A program made the translations under genes and the position numbers. From the human T2T-CHM13v2.0 reference genome, Homo sapiens, in assembly GCF_009914755.1 (NCBI RefSeq), contig NC_060940.1: a DNA stretch of 64,000 nucleotides; one strand, 5' to 3'. This document shows, in pieces, positions 1 through 30,661 of this stretch. A model generated the notes under the pieces. That model ran no database searches. It saw nothing but the letters and a program-made list of their open reading frames with translations, and was not told the origin of the DNA. The first letter of the stretch is position 1. Every line of letters starts with the position of its first letter.

Positions 1-2600
<2,600 letters not shown>

Positions 2601-3850
2601 AAGTGAATGAAATTGCTAAGTCAAGGAAAAGCTTGACAGTATATTATTGAGAGAAATACAGGCAAAGGTTAGCAGACACCAATGTTCACTTAGTGGGAAC
2701 TGCAGGTGTTCCCCGGACAGGAGGCTGCTACTTTTCCAAAAGAAATCTATTACTGACTATCAATAAAAAAAAATTATAGGTTTGTTACAGTATACAAATA
2801 GCTAAACTTTATATAGCCATGACCCTATTCTAGCACTGCTCTAAGCTTTTTCCTGCTCTGAAATAGCTACTATTGTTACCTCTTGTAGGGAAAACAGATC
2901 CCAGAGGTTGTTGTGGAAGGACCAAGGAAACTATGAAATTGACTTATTGTAAGTTTCAGACTTAAAGGTTCTTCCTGCTCTGCTCCTTAGTTGCCACATT
3001 TCAGTTAACATACCTCTTAAAATACTGGTACTTTCTATATTTGGAGGGATTCGTCTTGCAATTCGAAGTTTGTTTTGTTTTGTTTTGTTTTTTGTTTTTT
3101 GCACTAAGCATTTGGTCATAAGATCACCTGGATTTTATGTCAGTTTAAGTACCTCTTTAGACATTATTCAGTTAGGAATGTAAGTAGGAGCTAGCATTGT
3201 GTGTAAAAGGAAAGAACAGCTGTTTACAAACCACTTTTGTTTCATGATACAAATATAAATCAGTATGTTACTGGAAATGCAGGCTGGGCGGGGAGGGAAA
3301 ATACGCAGAGAGAAAAGCCCCATCTCTGCTTGGAGTTCAGCACCGGATCTCTTTTCCCTTCCACTTTCCTTGACAAGGCTGCCACAGTGACAGAAGCACA
3401 CGGGGCTGCCTTTTAGTGACACCTGCTGGGACAGACCTGGAAGAAGGGATTGCTGATTTGCATGTTTCCTGGCTGCCTCTGCTAGCCCCTGAGTCAGCAG
3501 CCCACTCCAATTCATGCTGAGCTTGGACAGCTGAGGTTTGAAAAATTCCCCCTTCCCTTGGAGCAACCGTTTTCCAGCCTCCTCATCATTCCTGAAGGAG
3601 AGTGACCTACATGACAGATACCCAGAAATTTATAGAAGCTTCATAGTGAGGCTAAATCCTAAACAGGGGCTCAAACTGCCAACACCGAATGAAGAGAGAG
3701 GTTTTGCAGTAAAGCAGGAAGTCATTAAAATAATGAATCACCCGGCTGGGTTTTGAGCTCCTTTCCCACTAATTTATTGGAAAGATTTATTGTCTTTACA
3801 ATGTACAATGCCCATCATCAGTTGAAAATAGAAGCTGAAAATGCATTTAA

Positions 3851-6080
<2,230 letters not shown>

Positions 6081-6271
6081 TACTCATGTCCTATTCATCC
6101 TTAACTTAATACATATTCCCAGACACTTTACTTACTCTGTTTGCAAGTAGCCCTCCCCACAATAAGAGACAGAAAAAAGAGTGTTACCAAGAGATCATAT
6201 GGTGAGCCCAGGGAAAAGAAACATCTTACAGCTTGAATGCAAGAAGGAAGACAACAATAGGTAAAAGTGTC

Positions 6272-8303
<2,032 letters not shown>

Positions 8304-8395
8304 ATGTCTAAAACCTCAGTGCTACAAAGCAGTTGAGGGTAGATAATACCATACCGTAATACCACACCACTCCAACATCCTTGTAGGCACCATAA

Positions 8396-9009
<614 letters not shown>

Positions 9010-9134
9010 ACAATAATTGTTTATAATGACACAAGGGCTAAGAAGGCAGTTTTTATGTACTTATTTATTTATTTTATTTATTTATTTATTTTTTATTCCC
9101 GATTGCCTGCATTTCCCTGTGTATGAAATTAGCA

Positions 9135-9416
9135 GGCGCTGGCTTGATCAGAGTGTGGGAGCCTGCCGAGCCTGCCCCCACCGGGAACCCGCGCTGGCCT
9201 ACGAACCCCGCGCGCAGCCCCGGCTCCCGCCCATGCCTCTCCCTCCACACCTCCCGGCCAGCAGAGGGAGCCGGCTCTGGCCTTAGCCAGCCCCAGAGAG
9301 GGGCGCCCACAGGGCAGCGACAGGCTGAAGGGCTCCTCGAGTGTGGCCAGAGCGGACGCCGAGGCCAAGGAGGCGCCGAGAGTGAGCGAGGGCTGCTAGC
9401 ATGTTGTCACCTCTCA
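9135..9416 (-). mobile_element. Truncated LTR12-family 5' fragment
   Basis: Ends ...atgttgtcacctctca, the reverse complement of the LTR12 start; homologous to 464-660. Confidence 0.8.
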
Positions 9417-13685
<4,269 letters not shown>

Positions 13686-13914
13686 AACTACAGTTTATGC
13701 TGGTAGCAACCCATCTTTTAAAAAATATGTCTGTGGGAGACACATAAAAAATTGCAAACACAGTTGAAGGCATAGTTTTAATAATAGTTATCTGATAACT
13801 CAGTCTGAGAGAGAATAACACATACAGTTTCATGGTCACAGGGAATGAATTTAAATTTCATGTTGAGTGGGAATGCCAAAAGGTAGAGCCACTTTGAAAA
13901 AAAAAAAAGACTGG

Positions 13915-14808
<894 letters not shown>

Positions 14809-15440
14809 GAAGAGGTTTACTATTAAGGAGCACTAGAAAACTCTTAGGGTGATGAAAATGTTCAATATGTTGATTGTGGTGGTTGTTCCATGACTATCAA
14901 CATTCATAAAACTTTGGGTGAATTTTGCTGCATATGAACAATATCTCAAGCTGAAAGAAAAGATAAACAGAAGGAGACTTGAAAAAATTAATTTGAACAT
15001 ACATTTTTGCTGAAGGGAAATCTGAAAGAAGTCAATAAATAACTTTGAAACCCAAAATATGTTAAAATTTTGCTGAAATAGAATGAAAATATGAATTAAA
15101 GGAGAAAAAGGAATGACATAAAATTTCTAATTATTAAATAAAAGTTTTGTTGATGTATCTTAAAATGGATAATAGTATTAAACTGTTGTGATATTTAGAG
15201 TCCATTAGATATATTTAAAGTTTAGGATCAGTTTTGTTTTAGGTTTATAGTTACAATGCTGGATATTGCATCCTTTGCACCTAATTAAACCTTTAATGAA
15301 AAATTTTAGATGTTAAAATATGCCAGGAGGTAATTCCATTAGGGAAACATGACCAAAAAGTTTGTAGACCACTTGTTTTATTATATAAAATGTTTATGCG
15401 AGGTTTCACAATTATGCCATATATTTTAAGGTGATATATA

Positions 15441-16040
<600 letters not shown>

Positions 16041-16679
16041 CTTTATAATGTAAAGGAAAAATTTATTTTTAGATGACTGACACATACGTTCTTTGACATT
16101 CTGCTGTGCTATCAGATCACAACATGAGTAAGAATTTTACATCCACAAAATCTGAGGCTTCAATAAGAACAAGATATATCTTGATTATAATCAGTCACTT
16201 ACTCGACAAGTATTATGGAGAGTCAACTCCATGTTCGGCCCCATATTTGGCACTGAAGTTATAGCCCAGAACCAAACAGCCACTTCTCATAATTTCATAG
16301 CACTTAAAGCATAGGGAAGAAAATAGACATGAAACAGTCAAACATGTAAATAATTTATTATGGTTATAATAAGTGTCATGAGAATATTCAATAGAAATAA
16401 CAGACATTTAAGGTTGTACCTGACTGTTGGAAAAGGGTGACTGAAAAAGGGGTGGGGGAAGTGCGGGAGGGCAATTTTCAGTGAGGATGAAGGGGCAAGA
16501 GGGAGGGAACTCATGGTATGGAAGGGGTAGACTCTGCCAAGAGCAGCAAGGAAACCAGCTAAGTAGGGGAAGACATGGTGAGATTTGTGTATTAAGATAG
16601 CCATTTCTGCTTCTGGGAGGACAAGGAGGTAAGATAAGGGAAAGAAGTGTTGGGTAAGCATAGTCTAGGATTCTTATTT

Positions 16680-17409
16680 TGAAACCATCTTGCAAAAATT
16701 ATGACAGTGAGAAAATGACGACAGTGAAAGAGATCTGACCTAACGATCTCATCTTGTCTTTAAACTCCAAACTGCCCTTGTTCATTCCTAGGCATAGGCC
16801 GAGCTAACTATAAGAGGGATTTAGTTTATAGTTTAATTTGAAACAAAAATAATAACAGCTCTTTCCTGAAACAAACCCCCTCCTTGCCTGGAAACAAGAC
16901 TACCTTTATAGAACTAACAAATTAGCCACAGGATTAGAAATTTCAATTTAGGGGTCTTGCAGCCAGAGGCTACAAGATTCCTAACCTCCCCAATTGCTCT
17001 TAGGGATAACATCACTATTGTAAAACGTAAGATTGGTGTTTGAGATATTTTTAGACCCTGCATTCTGATGGAGCAGCTGGCACTATCCAGATGGGTAATC
17101 TGGCTCAACCAGTTCTGCAATCCCAGCCAGGAACAGAAGACAGCAGAAGGAACCTGCTTAGACTCCCTGTGATTTCATCCCCAACTCCACCAGTGTTCCC
17201 ACTCCCTAGACCCCTCCCCTGCCCAGCAAATTATCCTTAAAAAACCCTGGTCTCCAAATTTTCAGGGAGACTGATTTGAGTCATACAAGTCCGGTCTCCT
17301 GTTTAGCTGGCTGTGCGTGTATTAAACTCTTTCTCTAATGCAATTCCCCTATCTTGATAAATCTACTCAGTCTGGGCAGCAGGCCAGAAAAACTCACTGG
17401 ACAGTTACA
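16680..17409 (+). mobile_element. Solo LTR8-family LTR
   Basis: tgaaaccatcttgcaaaaattatgacagtgag ... gttaca; 4-bp TSD ATTT. Confidence 0.85.
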
Positions 17410-18360
17410 ATTTCAACTCCTAGCATCTTGCTCAAGAACTAAGACAGAATCAGTTAACCTCCACGATCAAAAATGGCTGTGACTTAAAATCTCTTTCTTT
17501 GAAGGAACGTTAATGTCAAACATCATTTTTTTGTCCCACAGATTTCAGTTGGGCAGGGCTCAGTGGGAAGGTTCATCTCTGTTGTATACAACATCAGCTA
17601 GGACAATTTGACTGAAGGCTGGAGGATCTGCTTCGGCTTCCAAACTGGCTTATTCAACACAGCTGAGGGCCAGAGGCCTTGGGTCCTATCCACATGGTGA
17701 TAACTGCAGAATTCTTGGCACATAAAGGCTCCTTCCAAACCTCTGCACTTAAGAGATGACCATATCTCATGAGCAAAAGAAAAGAGAGAGAGAGAGAGGA
17801 TCAAATTTTTGCATTGCTTCTGGGAGCTTAGGGTCAATTCTCTGGAATGATCCTGGGCTCCCTGCCCCCACCCTCCCATTGAAATCATCAGGAAGAATAG
17901 GGGTTCTGTCTTCCAGTCTGTGTAGGGGACAGTAGCCTGACTTTGATAGTTGCTGGCTAGTAGACACAACTAGCCTAATGACATTAACATTGACCCACCT
18001 TTTGTAATTTTTTACTCAAGCTCTGCTCTCTCCCCCTCCTCCTTTACTCTTTCTTTAAAAGGCCAAGTCACATCTAAAAAAGTTGGAATGAAGCTCAGCT
18101 CTTTCCCTGCTGTCTGTCAGTAGTTACTCAGTAAAATCCGTTTTTCACACTTTAACTAATGTTCGGCTTTGTTTATCTTTGACAATAGGTGACCTGGTCT
18201 TTCCCACAGTATGTTGGCTGGGTACAAAGAGTGAATGAAGAATGACTGAGAGAATGAGAGACAGAGAGAGCACATGTGCCAGTCAGGTGAAAGACCTCTT
18301 GCATTTTATGACTAAGCTTCATAAGTCAAATAATAACCTCAAGGAAATTTAACTTCTCCA

Positions 18361-18896
18361 TATCAGAGGCATCCAAACCAGAGTGACTCCATCTTGAGTG
18401 ATGGCTAGGAAAAATGGGGCTGGGACTGGCTGGGCTGCATTCCTAGAAAGTTAGGTATTCCTAGCCCCTAGATGTTTATAGTTAAGGGAACACATTGATA
18501 ACATTTACTAAACAGACCCAGACTTAGGAGTGTCCTGATATCCCGATATCTTGAGAACAGAAGCATTCCTAATTTTGCTTTAAAGATAATATCAATTCTT
18601 GCAAAATATAGTAATTAGGAAGATTAATCCTTTATCACAAACCCTTGTGGCAGAGCACATCTCCTCATGATCTTTCTAAATCCTATTTATAAACAAGTAT
18701 TGTACCTAGGGTGGATGCATTCCTCCTCCTACTTTCGGGAACGTCCTACTCTCTATGGAGTAACTGTTCTCTCATCACTTTACTTTCTTAATAAACTTTC
18801 TTTTGCTTTGCACTGTGGACTCGCCCTGAATTCTTTCTTACATGAGATCCAAGAACCCTCTCTTGGGGTCTGGATCGGGACTCCTTTCAGGTAACA
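18361..18896 (+). mobile_element. MER41-family LTR (second copy, intact 3' end)
   Basis: tatcagaggc..ccagagtgactccatcttg ... gagatccaagaaccctctcttggggtctggatcggg..gtaaca. Confidence 0.85.
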
Positions 18897-19146
18897 CTCA
18901 CACCCCCATTCCACCCCACCCCCATCCCAAAAGGCTTTGAAAACATTGGTATTAACAAGCAAAGGATATTTTAATAAATACATATTTGATGGTTTATTGC
19001 CACCAATTTTGCTTACATTGCAATAATTATTTAAATTACATTAACTTTTACTAAAAATAGTAAAGATAATTTCACATCGTTTGTTTAAGTTAAACAGTTT
19101 GAAGTTAAACTTTAATTGTTAAAACAATTTAAGTTTTTCTCTTAGT

Positions 19147-19801
<655 letters not shown>

Positions 19802-19904
19802 TAGTAAAGTGTTGATAATGATTTCCAAAGGAAGAAATATCATTATTTTAAAATCAATATTCCCAGTGTATATACAGGTAAAATACTAAGATTTTAATAC
19901 ACTT

Positions 19905-21911
<2,007 letters not shown>

Positions 21912-22190
21912 TGAACGTACACAGACAGGCCCTTGCTATTATCCCTATTTTTTAGATAAGGATATCCAGGCGATGAGGAAGTTTTACTTCTGGGAACAGC
22001 CTGGATACGAAACCTTCACACGTCAGTGTCTTTTGGACATTTTCTCGTCAGTACAGCCCTGTTGAATGTTCTCACGGTGGGGAGGTACGTGTTTAAAATG
22101 CGGGGAAGGTGCTTTTATTTCACCCCTGGTGAAACTAGGGGAGCTAATTTTTTTAAACATGATTTTTGGCCCCCTTGAACCGCCGGCCTG

Positions 22191-22210
22191 GACTACGTTT
22201 CCCAGCAGCC
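22191..22210 (+). promoter_or_regulatory. ZNF143/THAP11-type (ACTACA/SBS) promoter motif
   Basis: GACTACGTTTCCCAGCAGCC against consensus ACTACAnnTCCCAGnnnGC; a degenerate second copy lies at about 22220-22239. Confidence 0.65.
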
Positions 22211-22307
22211 CGTGCTCAAGACTACGGGTGCCTGCAGGCGGTCAGCGTCGTTTGCGGCGGCGCAGGCGCGGTGCGGGCGGCGGACGGGCGGGCGCTTCGC
22301 CGTTTGA

Positions 22308-22340
22308 ATGGCTGCGGGCCCGGGCCCTCACCTCACCTGA
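22308..22340 (+). other. Upstream ORF MAAGPGPHLT*, in frame with the main ATG
   Basis: ATG 22308, TGA 22338-22340; ends 24 nt before the main ATG; relevant only if the TSS is upstream of 22308. Confidence 0.55.
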
Positions 22341-22364
22341 GGTCCGGCCGCCCAGGGGTGCGCT

Positions 22365-22604
22365 ATGCCGTCGGGAGGTGACCAGTCGCCACCGCCCCCG
22401 CCTCCCCCTCCGGCGGCGGCAGCCTCGGATGAGGAGGAGGAGGACGACGGCGAGGCGGAAGACGCCGCGCCGCCTGCCGAGTCGCCCACCCCTCAGATCC
22501 AGCAGCGGTTCGACGAGCTGTGCAGCCGCCTCAACATGGACGAGGCGGCGCGGGCCGAGGCCTGGGACAGCTACCGCAGCATGAGCGAAAGCTACACGCT
22601 GGAG
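22365..22604 (+). CDS. RBL2: RBL2/p130 coding exon 1 (aa 1-80, MPSGGDQSPPPP...SESYTLE)
   Basis: ATG at 22365; translation matches the p130 N-terminus as I recall it; donor GAG|gtgcgc at 22605. Confidence 0.98.
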
Positions 22605-23115
22605 GTGCGCTCGCGGGCGGAGGGGCGCTTCCGGCCTAGTTGGCGTGAACCGGTGCCTTCCGAGCCGCGTCGCGCGCCTCGAGAGACTCTCGGGCGGGTT
22701 GCGGGCTCCCAGCCCCGAGAGGGGTGGGGACTTCCTCTGCGCTATTCCGAGGCTCTTAGCCGCTCCGAGGGCTAACCCGCTCTCGCCGCGCTTTCCTGCG
22801 GCTTCCGAATGGGGAACGCGTCTTGCCCTAAAGTAGCACAGCAAGGCTGAGATCGCGTTGGGGTCCCGTTGAGGAAAATGGGTGTGTGTGGCCCATCTGA
22901 CCCCCCGCCCGCCTTGTTAGTAGAATGAACTAGTGTCGTTGTCAAGACCACACGGACAAGGGGAGGGGACTTGCCCTTATTTGCACCGCGATTAACCGGG
23001 TTGTGGCACCTGGGTCTCCAGGCGTCTCCGTCTGTTCGCTTCCCCCTGTTAACCAAATTGCCTTTGCCCTGGCGTTGCGGGCGTTTGAGTCAACGTGCTG
23101 ATGCGTTTTGGGCTG

Positions 23116-23136
23116 TGTTTACGTCTGTGTAAACAA
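23116..23136. promoter_or_regulatory. Inverted pair of forkhead (FOXO) sites in intron 1
   Basis: TGTTTAC-gtctgt-GTAAACAA; further sites TTGTTTAT at 23425 and TGTTTAC at 23765. Confidence 0.6.
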
Positions 23137-26100
23137 ATTAATACTCATTTCCCCCCAGGCCAGATGAAATGAGCCCTCCGCCGACCCGGATGTAGACACA
23201 TGCCCCCATTTGTCACTAGGATCAGGACTGTGGCTACCTCGAGGGCTTTTTGGTCACCCCGGGCATTGCACAGGACTCCTGTTGTTGTTGCGATCCGGGT
23301 GTGTTAGGTCGCAGCCTTCGGACAGGGCTTGCAGATGAGAAAAATGGCCATTCTAGCCAGTGAGTGTCAGCTTTGTATGCACCTCCCCTTCATGGGCCAA
23401 TGGGAAGTGACACGGAAGTACGGATTGTTTATCAGCTGTTTGACTGTGTGTGTGGCATTTAAACCTGAGGCCATTTGATTTCTCAAGTCGTTTTATAATT
23501 AATTTGTAGAAAGAGTCGGGCAAATAGGTCCAGGATGCAAAGCCTAACCAAGGTATTATTTAAATATGATGTTTTTGGCTATGTGTACTGATGAGTGAGG
23601 TTATTTTTAATTTGTATTTGCATTAATAGAATTTTAATTCAATTACTAGTTCCCTCTTTGAATTGTTAGGTCTGCAGAAGATAGTGTATGGTGGCTTTAG
23701 AACCCGACAGACCTGAAACCGCTGGAAAAGTTCAGTATGGTGATCTCTAAACTGGAGATATTTGTGTTTACCTCACAGAGCTGTTCTGAAGATTAAATAA
23801 GGCAATAATGTAGTTTCTGGCACATAAAGCACCCATATGGACAGTGTTTTCAAGTTTACTAAGCTCTTTGTATATTTACATGATCTGGCTGAGTAAGCTA
23901 TGTTCCTATTCATCTCTCAGTGCCTTTCTGTAGTCTGGCAAAGAGAAGGACTGGTTGGCTTTTTATGTTGTTTTTTGTTTTTTGGGTTTTTTTTTGGTAA
24001 ATGGCCTTAAAGGCTTCCAAACAAGCTCTTATTTTACCCTCAAGATAATCCTGTAAATCAGATAGAACAAGCATTATCGCCATTTATTTGAGGTATTTCA
24101 ACTCATAGCAGTTAAGTTGTATGAAGTCTAGTGATACATGAGCAAGTATCACGTAATAGCTGGTTAGTAAATTATTTTTGAAAACATGTTTGATTACTCA
24201 ATTCTTTTGATTACTGAGACTTTAGTTTCAGCTTCTTAGCCCAGTTTATTCAGTAAATGATTTACTCAGTAAAATATTCATCAAATATTTCTTGAGCACC
24301 TATTACTTGCTACACATTGTTCTAGGTGCTGGATATAGAGCAGCAAACCTGCTCTTGTGGGGCTTACAGTGAGGTACGCTGTGACAATATGGGATGTCAT
24401 TCTCATGGGAGTGCAAGGGAAAATAAAGCTCTTATGATGTTTAATACAGAATACTGGTTATGGAATTTTAACTTGATTTCTTGTATTTTCTGTGCATTTT
24501 TAACCTGTAACTCATTCTCACAGTCCTCAGCCAAGAAAATGCAGCCTCTGAGACTGTTAAGTAATTTCCCCACTGTGTTATAGCTACTGTATGGCAGAGC
24601 CGGAATTTGAAACCAGATCTATTTGACCCTAGAAGATGTGACCATGAGATGTTAATTTTGAGGATAACTTTTTTAGTATTATGGAATTTTCAACATATAT
24701 TTTTTAGGACCAAAGATAAACTAGGCACAGAGTCTACTCTTTGCATAAATTATTTAAAAGAGCTTCGCGCTCCATTTTGTCATCTAAGCACTGTAAAATT
24801 CTCACAAGACTAATTCTTCTTTTTAGGAACGATATAGTTGTAAACTTTCTATTTTTTTTCTTTTTTTTTTTCTCCCTCCACCATCCAAGTAGTTGTGAAT
24901 TTTCTAGAGCCAAAATAGAACATTATAGATTATCTTTTAAACCCTTTATTGAAGCAGAGGATAATGCTGTGACCGACTTAACTTTATGCTTTCTAAGAGA
25001 TATTGATATAGTAGAGAAATGCAGTAGTTATGCATCTAAATTTGCTTTTACATCATAAATCAAGAATATTATGAAACCATCTCCCAGAGATATATGTGAT
25101 ACACAGATCTTGGCTGTTTTTTTTTTTTTTACAAAAGAACATCTATGCTATTGATACATATAAGTGGGTTTGTAAGACAGTCTATGTGTAAATGTGAAAA
25201 AAGGAAGAATTTCCAGTTCTTCTCATTTTCATTTAGACCAGTAATGAATACAGTGAAGCTAAAGGACATCTTCCATCCTTCCTCGCTTTTATAGGGAGAG
25301 GAAAGTTGTATCACTTCTTGAGTAAAAAGAATTGTGACGATCTTTTACAAACAATGCCTTAAAAATTATTATTTTTGAATGATATCTGGTAGTGGATCCA
25401 CAATAGTCTCATTTGGTTATACAAATAAATTTTATGTATTCATGTATGTGTTTTGATTAGGTATAAAATTAGTGGCTGAATATCCATTCAAGCTTAATTT
25501 TGTATTTCTATCACTTTTCTAGATTTTGAGCAAGATTAAAAATATAAACAATAGGCCAGGCGCAGGGGCTCACGCCTGTAATCCCAGCACTTTGGGAGGT
25601 CTAGGTGGGCGAGTCACGAGGTCAGGAGATCAAGACCATCCTGGCTAACACATTGAAACCCAGTCTCTACTAAAAATACAAAAAATTAGCTGAGCGTGGT
25701 GGTGGGCACCTGTAGTCCCAGCTACTCAGGAGGCTGAGGCAGGAGAATGGTGTGAACCTGGGAGGCAGAGCTTGGAGTGAGCCAAGATGGAGCCACTGTA
25801 CTCCAGCCTGGGTGACACAGTGAGACTCCATCTCAAAAAAAATAAAAAATAAATAAAAATAAACAATAATATTGTTTGCATTACTATGGCTATATAGCAA
25901 ATTGCCTTAAAACTTAGGGGCAGAAAGCAATTTGTTTTGGTCACAGGTTCTGTGAGTAAGGAATTCAGGCTGGGGACAGTGTGGATGTCATGTTTCTGCG
26001 TCAAAATGACTGGTACCTCACCTGGAAGACTTGAGCAACTAGGTACTGGCACAGCTGGAGCTCGTTGGGCATCTCTGTATGTTTGTTCCATGTGGTCTCA

Positions 26101-26353
26101 CCAGCATGGTGATCCAGGGTAGCTAAATTCTTACATGTTGGTTCAGGACTCCGAAGGCACATGTCCTAAGAGAGAGAACCAAGTGGAATCTATACTGCCT
26201 TGTATAATCTTTTAGAATTACATAGTTTCACTTCTACCTCTGCAATTATTGATAGAGACAGTTAATCAGTGTGAGGGAACACAGACCCTTGCCCAGGTCC
26301 AAGGTGAGGGAACCCTCTCTACCTCTCAGTGGAATAATGTTAATGTCACATTA

Positions 26354-26740
<387 letters not shown>

Positions 26741-26822
26741 TCAATTTAAACATACTTTTAAAAATATTGAAATATTTATATGTAGCTTTTTAACTAAAAA
26801 TCAATTTTCTTTTCTTTTACAG

Positions 26823-26953
26823 GGAAATGATCTTCATTGGTTAGCATGTGCCTTATATGTGGCTTGCAGAAAATCTGTTCCAACTGTAAGCAAAGGGACA
26901 GTGGAAGGAAACTATGTATCTTTAACTAGAATCCTGAAATGTTCAGAGCAGAG
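26823..26953 (+). CDS. RBL2: RBL2 exon 2 (GNDLHWLACALYVACRK...KCSEQ)
   Basis: Polypyrimidine tract ending ttacag|; 131 nt; donor GAG|gtaact; frame continuous. Confidence 0.97.
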
Positions 26954-27990
26954 GTAACTATGTTAGAGTTTGACAAGTAGAGTATGGCTAATGTAAGCTC
27001 ATAAATCATAGTGATAGTAAGAATTATCTCTGTTTATCATTTTCTGAGCATTTGTACCTGTGGACTGGTGAAATTAGATGCTAAAACTAGCATCTAATGA
27101 TTTTCCTTTCTTTATATCACAGTTAATATCCATTATATTTTACTTCTTTGGTGAAAATATTTAAATTTTAATGTTTTAGGCACTTGTATGGCAGAATTTA
27201 TTTTTAAAGTTTAGGACATTGTGTAATATTGGGAGAAATGAAGGATATTGAGAAACTTTAGGAGATACTCCAAGTTGAAAAGGTAAATAAAATATTATTT
27301 GCTATTATACTTAGAAATATGTGCACAGGACTTGTGGTCTTAATATAAATGGAACATGTAAGTATTTCTCAGTTTCCTGTTTGGAGGATAAATGACATGA
27401 TTATAATCCATTTTAGAAAGGGTCAAATATGTTTAAAAGAAGAGGCAGAAATTGCTTTATCTGTTGTGTAATTAAATTGATTACATTTATTTTTTGTGCC
27501 TTTTAGGTGAATTTTCTTACATGGCTTATTAAAGATAAGTGGAAAAATGATGTTTAGCATTTTGGGGGAAATTACCACTGTCAAAATTTATGGAGTTAAT
27601 GGTTAAAAAATCACTTACTAAATAAAAAAATTAACTGGGTGTGGTTGTGCATACCTGCAGGCCTAGCTACTTGGGAGGCTGAGATGGGAGGATCACTTGA
27701 GCCCTGAATGATGGAGCAGCACTGCACTCCAGCCTGGGCCACAGAGCAAGACCTTGTCTCCAAAAAAAAAAAAAAAAAAGAAGGTTACTATTAAAATAAT
27801 TAGCAGGCTGGGGGCGGTGGCTCACACCTGTAATCCCAGTAATCCCAGCACTTTTGGAGGCCAAGGTGTGTGGATCACTTGAGGTCAAGAATTGGAGATC
27901 AGCCTGGCCAATATGGTGAAACCCCGTCTCAACTAAAAATACAAAAATTAGCCGAGTGTGGTGACATGCGCCTGTAATCTTAGCTACTCA

Positions 27991-28086
<96 letters not shown>

Positions 28087-28352
28087 TCAAAACAAATAAA
28101 TAAAATAAAATAATTCACAATGTCATGTTTTAGCTGACATTGTGAATTTTAGTAATCTTTTTTTAACCTTTAACTCCATCCTGAGTTACATTGACCAAAG
28201 AATCAGTATCTAGAATTATATCAGGAACTACTAACAGGGTTAATAAAATGAATAAAGAACATGACTTCACAAAGGTTATAATTCACATAGCTAATAGATA
28301 CAGGAAGAGATATTCACTGTCACTAATAAAGACTTTCAAAGTAGAAAGATAA

Positions 28353-28922
<570 letters not shown>

Positions 28923-29002
28923 TGACTAATTTTTGTATTTTTTGTGGAGACCAGGTTTCACCGTGTTGACCAGGCTAGTCTCGAACTCCTGACCTCAAGT
29001 GA

Positions 29003-29104
<102 letters not shown>

Positions 29105-29597
29105 TGACACAACTACTTTACTAGCAAATTTGGTGGTATCTAGTAATATTGAAGGTGCACATTCTCTTACTGTACTTCTTGGAGTAGTCCCCAAAGAAAC
29201 TCCTGCACACATGTATAAGGATGTTTTCATTACAACATGTTTTGTTATCATGGAATATTAGAAACAACCTAAATTTCCATTGGTTGGGGAGTGAATGCAA
29301 AAAGTCATTGTATGTTCATATGAAAGAATGTTTTTAGCAATTAAAATGAATATATCTTACATATCAACATTAATGTCAGAAACATTATTGAGTGTGAAAA
29401 AGCAAGTTGCAGAATACCACTGAAGTATGATAGCATTTATATAAAATGTAAAAACACGTAATAAGATATTGCTTATTGTTTACACATACATGTGTATGTG
29501 TAGTAAGTGTGAAAACATAGGAAGGATTAAGACCAACTTTGGAATGGTTTTTATCTTTGGGGTAGAAGGGTAAGGATGGGATTAGGGAGGAGTATAA

Positions 29598-29747
<150 letters not shown>

Positions 29748-30460
29748 TGAGTAGCTGGGATTACAGGTGCCCGCCACCACGCCCAGCTAATTTTTTGTAT
29801 TTTTAGTAGAGATCGGGTTTTACCATGTTGGCCATGCTGGTTTCAAACTCCTGACCTTGTGAATCTCCCACCTCGGCCTCCCAAAGTGCTGGGATTACAG
29901 GTGTGAGCTACTGCGCCTAGCCTTGACTGCTTTTATAGTGTTGCTAGTTTAAAAAAAAATCTGAAGTGGCAGGAGGAGGTGGCTCACACCTGTAATCACA
30001 GTGTTCTAGGAAGCCAAAGTAGGAGGATCACTCAAGCCCAGGAGTCTGCAGTGAGCTGTGATCTTGCCACTGAACTCCAACATGGGTGATAGAACGAAAC
30101 CCTATCTCTTACAAAAACAAAAACGACAAAATTTATTTAATATATTAACATTTAAAAAATCTGGCAGTGAACCAACGTGAATGTTGGTTAGGTTACTCTT
30201 GTTAATTTTGGTTTGTATTTTCAAATATTTCATAGTTAACAAATACTTTAGGTAACCTAAACAAAATGGATTAGGAGGATCAGAGGAATATACCAATCTG
30301 TAAGAAATTAAGCTAGTCAGAGACATGAGTTGTGATTTTATTTCACTGTCTAAAAGTAATATAATTTAATGCGATAATATTGATTTACTTTTGAATACTT
30401 ACTTTTGTATACTTTAGCCTTATGTTAATTATGAAATATCTTGTTTGTCTTTAATACCAG

Positions 30461-30661
30461 CTTAATCGAATTTTTTAATAAGATGAAGAAGTGGGAAGAC
30501 ATGGCAAATCTACCCCCACATTTCAGAGAACGTACTGAGAGATTAGAAAGAAACTTCACTGTTTCTGCTGTAATTTTTAAGAAATATGAACCCATTTTTC
30601 AGGACATCTTTAAATACCCTCAAGAGGAGCAACCTCGTCAGCAGCGAGGAAGGAAACAGCG
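30461..30661 (+). CDS. RBL2: RBL2 exon 3 (LIEFFNKMKKW...QRGRKQ)
   Basis: ataccag| acceptor; 201 nt; donor GCG|gtaggt. Confidence 0.97.

Larger units (their letters stand above)
22150..23110 (+). promoter_or_regulatory. RBL2: CpG island / TATA-less RBL2 promoter spanning exon 1 and the start of intron 1
   Basis: Very high GC and CpG density; GC boxes (GGGCGG at about 22275-22292). Confidence 0.93.

Noticed and set aside
3168-3566. 132-aa minus-strand ORF in unique sequence
   Set aside because: No recognisable protein similarity or exon signals.
22242-22844. 200-aa antisense ORF and 172-aa overlapping + ORF (22066-22584)
   Set aside because: Stop-poor frames of a CpG island shadowing exon 1; low-complexity Arg/Pro/Ala composition; no recognisable domain.
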